In this document: positions 57,009 through 64,000 of the stretch, in pieces
Numbering within the stretch: the first letter of the stretch is position 1
Layout: every line of letters starts with the position of its first letter
NCBI GenBank assembly: GCA_038897215.1
Contig: JAWAWX010000001.1
Span: 352,001 to 416,000 of the forward strand
DNA from: Acidilobaceae archaeon
Lineage (GTDB): Archaea; Thermoproteota; Thermoprotei_A; Sulfolobales; Acidilobaceae
DNA: 64,000 bases
Direction: 5' to 3'
Program-made: the position numbers and the translations under genes
Notes under the pieces: generated by a model
What the model was told of the DNA's origin: nothing
Databases searched by the model: none
Seen by the model: the letters and a program-made list of their open reading frames with translations, nothing else

Positions 57009-57443
57009 ATGACTATGGACTTAAGTGATGACCTCGACTCGGGGGATGAGTTTGAACCCACGCTAGGAGCCTCGAGAATCTGCTTGAAGGACTCGGGGAT
57101 ACTGCCAGAAGAGCTGGCTAGCGAGGTTGAAGCCGAGGTCTACGTTAGAGACGCTACTCACGTAGACCTTCTGCTATACCACTCTAGCGATACAGAGCTG
57201 GTAGCGGAGGCCGCGTCGACACCCGATTGCCTAGTGCTACTAAGCCTCAAGCTTAGGAGGTGCGGGGCTTCGGCTAGAAGCCTCCTAGAGTGGGTTGAGT
57301 GGCCGGAGGTGTCGAGAGCAGTAGTGGAGGGGGATTGCGTTGAGCTAGCTGCTCTAGCTGACACTAAGTCTAGACTGAGAAACTTCCTGGAGAAGACCGG
57401 CATAAAGCCTCTGGGAGTTCTAGCCTTCAGGCAGAGAGGCTGA
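57009..57443 (+). CDS. Hypothetical acidic protein upstream of XPB
   Basis: ATG 57009 after GTGAGG; the ORF-track GTG 56970 is the sRNA C' box. Confidence 0.6.
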   Translation: MTMDLSDDLDSGDEFEPTLGASRICLKDSGILPEELASEVEAEVYVRDATHVDLLLYHSSDTELVAEAASTPDCLVLLSLKLRRCGASARSLLEWVEWPEVSRAVVEGDCVELAALADTKSRLRNFLEKTGIKPLGVLAFRQRG

Positions 57444-57472
57444 AAGACCGGGCTCGAATCGGGGTCTAGAGC

Positions 57473-59083
57473 TTGGAGACCAGGCTCCGCTTCAGAGTGA
57501 AAGGCTGGCTGAGCGAGGAGGAGTTCAGAGAGCTCCTAGAGTTCTCGAGCTACCTAGGCAGAACCCCCGAGGGAGCGGTCTTCGAGATAGACCAGGAGAA
57601 GATGAAGAGAGCGGGGGTTACTTTGAGAGATGTCTACGCTAAACTAGCCTCGACTCCCGGAGTCGATGAGAGCGACTTGAGCGAGATAGAGAAGCTCTAC
57701 AGAGAAGAGTACAGAGTAGAGGTCTACCTGGGGCCAGACGGGCTCCTGAGGATAAAGTCGAGAGTTCTGCTCAAGCCGTACCTGCAGAGAGTAGGATTGG
57801 AAAGCCTAGCGTGGGACCCTGAGGATAGGTCGTTTAGAGCCCGCCCTCACGTTTATCCTGATGTCGTGAAGAAGCTCTCGGAGCAAGGCTTGATCTTAGA
57901 GGATAAGCTGGGGCTCCTTCAGGCGAAGCTCCCTAGAGCCGTCTCGTTCACAGGCAACCTGAGAGACTACCAGAGAGAGGCTCTCGAGAAGTGGGAGTCT
58001 AACAGCTACAGAGGCATACTAGCTCTCCCCACGGGCTCGGGGAAGACCGTGATCGCTCTAGCGGGAGTAGCGAAGCTCTCTGCTCCAACCCTGGTGGTTG
58101 TCTACACGAAGGACCACGTGAGGCAGTGGGTTGAGGCCTTTAAGAGGTTCACAGACGCGGGGAGCCTGGTTGGAGCGTACTACAGCGAGGAGAAGAGGCT
58201 AGCGCCCATAACGGTCACCACCTACAAGTCCGCCTCATCGAATATCAGAGTCTTCGCCGCCAGGTTCTCTCTAGTGATCTTCGACGAGGCTCACCACCTG
58301 CCAGCAGATACCTTCAAGGAGCTCGCGCTAAGCCTCCCGGCTCCCTACAGGCTCGGTCTCTCAGCTACGCCGGAGAGAGAGGATGGGAGGCACGTCGACA
58401 TATTCCCGCTAATCGGGGGCGTGGTGTACCACCTGACCCCTACCGAGCTCGCTGAGAAAGGCTACCTAGCGCCCTTCGTGATAAAGAGAGTAAAGGTCGA
58501 CTTGAGCTTGCTGGAGAAGGCTCGCTACGAGTCTCTCAGGAGGAGGTATCTCGAGCTCTCTCGAGGAAGGAGCTTCCAGGAGCTCCTAGAGCACGCGAAG
58601 AGAGGTGACTCTAGCGCAGTCGAGGCTCTAAAGATTCACGCTGAGATGCTCGACATAGTTCAGAGTAGCGAGAGTAAGATAGAGAAGGTGGTTGAGATAG
58701 CTAGGAGAGAGCTCGAGAAGGGGGGCAAGATAATAGTATTCACTCAGTTCAAGAGCCAGGCTGAGAGGATAGCTGAGAAGCTCGGAGCACTGCTCCTCCA
58801 CGGAGGCTTGAGCGATGAGGAGCGGTCCAGAGTACTCGCTAAGTTCAAGTCAGCCAAGTCGGGTGTGCTGGTAGTCACAACAGTTGGAGACGAGGGGCTA
58901 GACATACCAGACGCTAGCGTAGGCATACTAGTCTCAGGGACTGGGTCCCGCAGGCAGTTCATCCAGAGACTAGGCAGGCTCTTGAGACCCTCTTCTCCAG
59001 GCAAAGTGGCTGTCCTATATGAGGTGATAGTGAGAGGGACGATGGAGGAAGCTCAGGCTAGGAAGAGGAGAGAGCTCATCTAA
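57473..59083 (+). CDS. xpb: XPB/Ssl2-like SF2 DNA helicase
   Basis: LRDYQ.EA, LPTGSGKT, DEAHH, GLSATPERED (RED motif), DEGLDIP, IQRLGRLLRP. Confidence 0.88.
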   Translation: METRLRFRVKGWLSEEEFRELLEFSSYLGRTPEGAVFEIDQEKMKRAGVTLRDVYAKLASTPGVDESDLSEIEKLYREEYRVEVYLGPDGLLRIKSRVLLKPYLQRVGLESLAWDPEDRSFRARPHVYPDVVKKLSEQGLILEDKLGLLQAKLPRAVSFTGNLRDYQREALEKWESNSYRGILALPTGSGKTVIALAGVAKLSAPTLVVVYTKDHVRQWVEAFKRFTDAGSLVGAYYSEEKRLAPITVTTYKSASSNIRVFAARFSLVIFDEAHHLPADTFKELALSLPAPYRLGLSATPEREDGRHVDIFPLIGGVVYHLTPTELAEKGYLAPFVIKRVKVDLSLLEKARYESLRRRYLELSRGRSFQELLEHAKRGDSSAVEALKIHAEMLDIVQSSESKIEKVVEIARRELEKGGKIIVFTQFKSQAERIAEKLGALLLHGGLSDEERSRVLAKFKSAKSGVLVVTTVGDEGLDIPDASVGILVSGTGSRRQFIQRLGRLLRPSSPGKVAVLYEVIVRGTMEEAQARKRRELI

Positions 59084-59307
59084 GCCTCTACATCGATCTC
59101 ATCGGGTAGCTTGAAGAAGCCGGCGCTAACTCTAACTGGAACATCTGCTCTCGCTCCGTGGTACACCGATGTCCAGAGCTCTCTCTTGAGAAGCTCTCTT
59201 ATAGCTGCTCTAATCGCCTCACTCCTATTAGAGTATCTGCCGCTTCTAACCAGGTCATCTATCCCCCTAACGTAGACCTCGGGTACTTTCACGGTAACGA
59301 GCCTCAT
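59080..59307 (-). CDS. Ribbon-helix-helix regulator (CdrS/CopG-like)
   Basis: MRLVTVKVP....IDDLV..GRYSNRSEAIRAAIRELL. Confidence 0.88.
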   Translation of the reverse strand: MRLVTVKVPEVYVRGIDDLVRSGRYSNRSEAIRAAIRELLKRELWTSVYHGARADVPVRVSAGFFKLPDEIDVEA

Positions 59308-59634
59308 TTCTGTTCTCCGCTCTCTCAGCTGAGGTAGCTGAGGGTATTCGAGGATCTATCCCTGAAAGCCGGAGAGCCGGAAGTACTGGTGCGCGACTAC
59401 CTAGCTATATCTCAAGCAGTGAGAACACCCCGGTTGAGCTAAACCAGAGGTTAACTGTGGCCTAGCCTCCAGTAATACCGGGGCTCTCGTAGCTCGCTTC
59501 AGCTAGAAGAATAATCCTGAGTTAGGGAGAGCTCTCGTCTAGAGTAGACATGAGCAAAGTATAATAATCTTGAGTCTTCACGTATATCAAGAGGGGGTCT
59601 TTCTATCAAGAGAGACGAGAGAGTTTTTGACTTC

Positions 59635-60600
59635 GTGAGAGTAACGACGGGGTCCAGGCTACACGCTGGCTTCTACCATATCAGCACTCTGTACAACGTG
59701 TGGAGTGTTCTCTTTGCTGGAGCAGGCTTCTACGTAGAGTACCCTAGGGTTGTAGTGGAGGCTCGGAGATGCGATAGAGTAGAGCTAGAAGGCTTCGGGG
59801 ACTTGACGGGAGCGGTGAAGGGGCTACTTCTACTAGCCGGGTTCACTGCCTGCTTGAGGCTTTCTGAAAGCATGCCTAGACACAGCGGCTTAGGTAGCAC
59901 CACTCAGATACTGCTAGCTTCTCTCCTAGCCGCTTCTCGAGCTAGCGGGTTTTCTTTAAGCATAGATAGCTTGATAGAGCTCTCGGGGAGAGCTTCGAGA
60001 TACTCCTCCATCGGGTCTCTTCTCTTCAAGTACGGGGGCTTCGTGGTAGAGCCGGGAGTCCCGGCTAAGAACGGGCTCTACAGACCGCTCGTCAGGCTAG
60101 ACGTGCCGGGAGACTGGAGATTCGTTATCGCTCTCCCGAGAGCCGAGAGAGGGCTCGATGAAACTCGAGAGAAATACGTCATGGATGTCGTCCTATTCAA
60201 GAGCGTTAGTACTGAAGCCAGGCTACTCATGTCGGTAGGCTGTCTGAGGCTAGCTTCGGGGATAGCTAGGAGAGACTTGGAGGACGCTCTAGCCGGTTTA
60301 GCGATGATGCAGAGAGGGACCGGCATGGTGTTCGAGACAGTGCAGGGAGGCGTATACAGAGAAGACTTGCAACACTTCGTCGAAATAGCGGACAGGAGAG
60401 GGGTCAAGCTAGCTCAATCGAGCTGGGGGCCGACACTCTACACTATAGCGACATCTTCTCGCGCTCCCTCAGTGAAGGAGAGCCTAGAGAAGGCTATGGA
60501 GAAAGCAGGGCTAGAGGGAGAGGTGCTCATAGCGGCTCCTCGGAACTCGGGAGCAAGCCTAGAGGCGGCTTCTCGCTCTCCGGCTTCTAGCTCTCGCTAG
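59635..60600 (+). CDS. Beta-RFAP synthase-like GHMP kinase family protein
   Basis: SRLHAG, PRHSGLGSTTQ, GGFVV, QSSWGPT, PRN.GA. Confidence 0.85.
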   Translation: MRVTTGSRLHAGFYHISTLYNVWSVLFAGAGFYVEYPRVVVEARRCDRVELEGFGDLTGAVKGLLLLAGFTACLRLSESMPRHSGLGSTTQILLASLLAASRASGFSLSIDSLIELSGRASRYSSIGSLLFKYGGFVVEPGVPAKNGLYRPLVRLDVPGDWRFVIALPRAERGLDETREKYVMDVVLFKSVSTEARLLMSVGCLRLASGIARRDLEDALAGLAMMQRGTGMVFETVQGGVYREDLQHFVEIADRRGVKLAQSSWGPTLYTIATSSRAPSVKESLEKAMEKAGLEGEVLIAAPRNSGASLEAASRSPASSSR

Positions 60601-60640
60601 CTGAATAGCCCTGCTTCTAGAGAGCACTCATCGAGGATAT

Positions 60641-60744
60641 TGGTGGGCCCGCCGGGATTTGAACCCGGGACCACGGGGTCCCGAATCGGGCGCCGCTCGC
60701 TACTCGGCGTACCCCGCATCCTAGCCAGGCTAGACTACGGGCCC
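60641..60744 (-). tRNA. tRNA-Pro(CGG) with a 26-nt BHB intron at 32/33 (intron 60685-60710)
   Basis: GGGCCCG acceptor stem, GGTTCAAATCC, CCA; removing the intron gives CGGGG-TTCGGGA-CCCCG. Confidence 0.9.
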
Positions 60745-60880
60745 TCTTACCGTCTCCTCTACGTCTCAGCGTCTCTCACAGCGGCTTTTTTAATTTGCGA
60801 GCTCTGCGAGCTCCGCTTCCACTCTCTCCGCCATACTGTCTTTAGGTCTCGTCTAGCGCTCTGCGAGTCGGGAGAGAGCT

Positions 60881-61624
60881 GTGGTCGAGCAGGCCATAGC
60901 TAGAGACTATGTGCTACAAGCTGTAGCCAAGAGGGTAGCTGGAGACATAGTTTTCAGCGATAACATAGCGGCTTCGCTGAAGAAGTGGCGCGAGTACTTT
61001 GAGGTATCTCAGTCAGAGATAGCTAGAGCCATGAATGTAGCTCCCAGCGTCATAAGCGACTACGAGAAGGGGAGGAGAGTGCCTGGAGCCAAGTTCATCC
61101 AGAGATTCGTGACCGCTCTACTTGAGATCGATGGGAGGAGGGGTTGGAAGAAAGTGACCGCACTCACAGCGAGCTTGGGGATTATGCCTGAGGTGATAAT
61201 AGACATGAGGGAGTTCGAGAAACCTGTGAGGCTCGAGGAGTTCATCACCGCGGTGAAGGGGGTTCTCTTGAATCCAGAGGCTAGAGCCGACAGGCTGATA
61301 TACGGTTACACGGTAGTCGATAGCATAAAAGCCATACTGTCTCTCAGCGGGCTCCAGTTCTCGATCCTCTTCGGGCTGACTCCCGAGAGAGCCTTCATCT
61401 TCACCAGGGTAGCTATGGGGAGGAGCCCCATGGTCGCTGTTAGAGTGACCCCCATAAAGCCAAGCATAGTGGTGCTACACGGCCCCAGAGAGAGAGTAGA
61501 CCCTCTAGCAGTAGAGCTCGCCAGGAGAGAGGGGATACCCCTCATACTGAGCCTGGCTAGGAGTGAGGACGAGCTGCTCTCAGAGTTGAGAAAGCTAGCT
61601 AGCCACGTTACTCCTCTGGGTTAG
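60881..61624 (+). CDS. Conserved archaeal XRE-HTH transcriptional regulator
   Basis: AGDIVFS...LKKWRE.F..SQ, PSVISDYE.GRR.PG, YGYT..DSIKAI, GRSPMVA.RV. Confidence 0.88.
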   Translation: MVEQAIARDYVLQAVAKRVAGDIVFSDNIAASLKKWREYFEVSQSEIARAMNVAPSVISDYEKGRRVPGAKFIQRFVTALLEIDGRRGWKKVTALTASLGIMPEVIIDMREFEKPVRLEEFITAVKGVLLNPEARADRLIYGYTVVDSIKAILSLSGLQFSILFGLTPERAFIFTRVAMGRSPMVAVRVTPIKPSIVVLHGPRERVDPLAVELARREGIPLILSLARSEDELLSELRKLASHVTPLG

Positions 61625-62005
61625 CTTGAGTATGGCTAGCGCTATGTCGCCCCCTGTCTCCTCGAGAGCTCTCCTAGCCTCCTCGAGGCTCACTCCGGCT
61701 TGCTCTGCTACTAGCTTCACGTCTTCCTCTGTGAAGACTGGGGCTTCTCCACGCTCGCTCTTCTTCTCCTCGACTCTATACTCTCCCACCACGTAGAGAA
61801 CCGGGGTTGCCCCCTTCTGCCTCACTATAGCGGCTGACGCGGGATTCTCGAAAACCATGACTGAGCCATCGCTAACCTCTACAACAACCCTAACAGCTTC
61901 GACCTCCTCCACGGTTATCCCCAGCTTCTTGAGCAACTTCTCTAGATCCTGAGGCTTGACCCCGAAGAAGCCTAAAGCCACTCCTCCCACTCCCCGGGTC
62001 TTCAC
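61595..62005 (-). CDS. nac: Nascent polypeptide-associated complex protein (start possibly GTG 61981)
   Basis: LKKLGI..EE, C-terminal UBA EEDVKLVAEQAGVS.EEA..AL.E.GGD.A.AI. Confidence 0.92.
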   Translation of the reverse strand: MKTRGVGGVALGFFGVKPQDLEKLLKKLGITVEEVEAVRVVVEVSDGSVMVFENPASAAIVRQKGATPVLYVVGEYRVEEKKSERGEAPVFTEEDVKLVAEQAGVSLEEARRALEETGGDIALAILKLTQRSNVAS

Positions 62006-62013
62006 GCTAGCTT

Positions 62014-63183
62014 TCAGCTCTTAGATAGCTCATCCCAGCTCCAAGGCCCCTCTCTCCACATCCTCGAGGCTAGCTCACCGTCTCGCATGTATAGGTGGAG
62101 GAGTTCTCTAGCCTGCTCTCTCCTAGCTCTGAAGTCTTCGAGGAAGGAGTTCAGCTTCTCGATAAGATACTCCTTCAGCTCACCCGTGAGCATCCTCCCA
62201 CTCCTGTAGTCCTCCTCGATCCTCCTGAGCTTCGAGTCGTCGGGCTCGAAGAACATCTTGAGCCACTGGAAGGAGACGTCGACATCAGGGTTGCCGCCCA
62301 GCTTTCTATGCAATTCTACCGTAGGCTGGCCTCCGGAAAACGCGTACCTCATCACCTTGTATCTAACGACCTCTGGAGGATCGTGGAGGAATATTGCTGT
62401 CTCCGGCTTAGAAGTGCTCATCTTGCCGTGGAGACCCGTGAGGGGAGGCAAGAACTTGGAGTGTATTGCTGCAGCCTTATTGTAGCCAAAGCTCTCCGCT
62501 ATGTCTCTCTGGAGTCTCCAGTAGGGGTCTTGGTCTATAGCTGCTGGGATCAGGCATCTCTTCTTCTCGAAGAACGTGGGGACTATCTGGAGAGCTGGAT
62601 AGAATATGAGCCCTATGTTCGTGGAGCCCGTGAAACCGAAGGTTGCTTTCACCTCGTTGAGGTTAAGCCTCTTAGCTACCTTTACAGCCATGGGGTAGAG
62701 CTTTCCGATGTACTCTATATCGTGGAATATGAATGTCCTATCGGGGTCGAAGCCTAGAGCGGCTATGTCTAGAGTGTTCTCGTAAGCCCATCTCCTAGCC
62801 TCGCCCAAGCTCATCCCCTCCTCGTCTAGGTACTTCTCGTCATCAGTTATCATTATGTACACGTTAGCCTTGAACCTATCCTGGAGCCACTTGGTCAAGA
62901 TGAAGGGTATGATGTGACCTATGTGCATAGGGCCTGAGGGACCTCTGCCAGTGTAGAGGAAGAATCCTCTGCCTTTCTCGTAGTCGTCTAGGATGAGTTC
63001 TAGGTCTCTGTGAGAGAAGAAGACTCCTCGCCTCAAGAGAACGTGAAGCTCTCCAGCGAGACTCTCTATCCTTCTCAGCAACTCCTCCGTTATAGGCTTG
63101 GTCCCGAATATCTCGATAAGCCTATCGTAGTCTACTTTGCCTCTTACCTCCCACGGCGTTACAACGAACTCCTCGGACGCCAC
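62014..63183 (-). CDS. trpS: Tryptophan--tRNA ligase (archaeal/eukaryotic type)
   Basis: VTPW, YTGRGPS..MHIGH, TDDEK, IDQDPY, KMSTS, AFSGG. Confidence 0.96.
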   Translation of the reverse strand: MASEEFVVTPWEVRGKVDYDRLIEIFGTKPITEELLRRIESLAGELHVLLRRGVFFSHRDLELILDDYEKGRGFFLYTGRGPSGPMHIGHIIPFILTKWLQDRFKANVYIMITDDEKYLDEEGMSLGEARRWAYENTLDIAALGFDPDRTFIFHDIEYIGKLYPMAVKVAKRLNLNEVKATFGFTGSTNIGLIFYPALQIVPTFFEKKRCLIPAAIDQDPYWRLQRDIAESFGYNKAAAIHSKFLPPLTGLHGKMSTSKPETAIFLHDPPEVVRYKVMRYAFSGGQPTVELHRKLGGNPDVDVSFQWLKMFFEPDDSKLRRIEEDYRSGRMLTGELKEYLIEKLNSFLEDFRARREQARELLHLYMRDGELASRMWREGPWSWDELSKS

Positions 63184-63350
63184 AACAGTTATTCACCGAG
63201 TCTCTCTGGTTGAAGAGCACACGAGCTTATTAAAGCGTTTTTCTCGAAAACCGCTCTCGCGAGATAGCTGAAAGAGGAGACGCTAGAGTCAGCGCTAGAG
63301 TAAGGCATCAAAATTTATCCCCGAGACCGCTGTAGGAGCCGAGGGCTGGC

Positions 63351-63974
63351 TTGTCGGAGAGCGAGTACTCCTCTCTGGTAGCAGAGATCCTGGAGTGTAG
63401 GAGGTGCCCTCTAGCTGAGAGCAGGACTAGAGCTGTTCCGGGAGAGGGCTCTCTAAGAGCGAGAGTGATGCTAGTAGGCGAGGCTCCCGGGAGGAGGGAG
63501 GACGAGGAGGGGAGGCCTTTCGTGGGGGCTGCTGGCAAGCTCTTGACGGCCCTCCTGGAGTCTATAGGGGTTAGGAGAAGCGATGTCTACATAACCAACG
63601 TGGTTAAATGCAGGCCTCCGAATAACAGAGAGCCGACCGAGGACGAGGTCAAAGCGTGCAACCCCTTCCTCAGGAGGCAGATAGAGCTAGTCAAGCCCAA
63701 AGCAATCGTGGCTCTTGGGAGGATAGCTGGGAGAACTCTCTACGAGATGGCTGGATTGAGGTGGGTGAGCGTGGAGCGCGCTAGAGGAAACGTGGTGAGA
63801 GCTAAGATACAGGAGCTAGAGGTCTCTCTAGTAGTCACCTACCACCCAGCCGCAGCACTTTACAACCCGCAGCTCAGAGCAGAGCTCGAGAACGACTTCA
63901 AAAACCTAGTCTCAAGACTGTTCCGAGAGGATAGCTGGAGCAAGAGGAGAGCTACCCTAGAGGACTTCATCTAG
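63351..63974 (+). CDS. udg: Family 4 uracil-DNA glycosylase with C-terminal PIP-like motif
   Basis: C..C.L, GEAPG..ED..GRPFVG, N.VKCRPP.NR.P, YHPAA; tail RATLEDFI. Confidence 0.94.
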   Translation: MSESEYSSLVAEILECRRCPLAESRTRAVPGEGSLRARVMLVGEAPGRREDEEGRPFVGAAGKLLTALLESIGVRRSDVYITNVVKCRPPNNREPTEDEVKACNPFLRRQIELVKPKAIVALGRIAGRTLYEMAGLRWVSVERARGNVVRAKIQELEVSLVVTYHPAAALYNPQLRAELENDFKNLVSRLFREDSWSKRRATLEDFI

Positions 63975-64000
63975 ACTCGTTACGCTATAAGCTAGGAGGC

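Noticed and set aside
60640-60903. 87-aa ORF MVGPPGFEPGT...
   Set aside because: Antisense translation of tRNA-Pro.
80-63538. Many short antisense or overlapping ORFs in the track (e.g. 62095-62757, 31502-31909, 34788-35246)
   Set aside because: Shadow frames of well-supported genes, Ser/Leu/Ala-rich and without motifs.
1-64000. CRISPR arrays, integrases, transposases, proviral genes
   Set aside because: No regularly spaced repeats, recombinase or transposase motifs, or tRNA-end duplications were seen.

Overview
A GC-rich, densely coding archaeal chromosomal segment, most likely from a hyperthermophilic crenarchaeote (Desulfurococcales/Acidilobales-like). This is inferred from PriL, Taw3, NreA, EgsA, SmAP1-rpl37e, NAC, C/D sRNAs and a BHB-intron tRNA. 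It is mostly housekeeping: nuoL/nuoN, three ABC systems, a Tat-exported PsrABC-type molybdoenzyme, PdxS/PdxT, orphan A/V-ATPase I and E subunits, RNA-modification genes and DNA-repair genes (NreA, SPL-like radical SAM, XPB, UDG). There are three tRNAs (Val-TAC, Asp-GTC, and Pro-CGG with a 32/33 intron) and at least three C/D guide RNAs. No CRISPR array, integrase or IS element was seen. Most interesting: (1) a 1280-aa RecQ with decayed exonuclease-like and DinG-like N-terminal modules; (2) a candidate TasA/AbpA-like fibre operon with a degenerate signal-peptidase-like partner; (3) a Clp1 kinase + PNKP-type HAD phosphatase + metallophosphoesterase cluster; (4) repeated CTG/ATT start codons behind SD-like motifs; (5) a ~185-nt structured leader before a CdrS-like RHH regulator; (6) PdxT with Cys replaced by Ser. 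All family calls come from motif recognition by eye; no searches were run.
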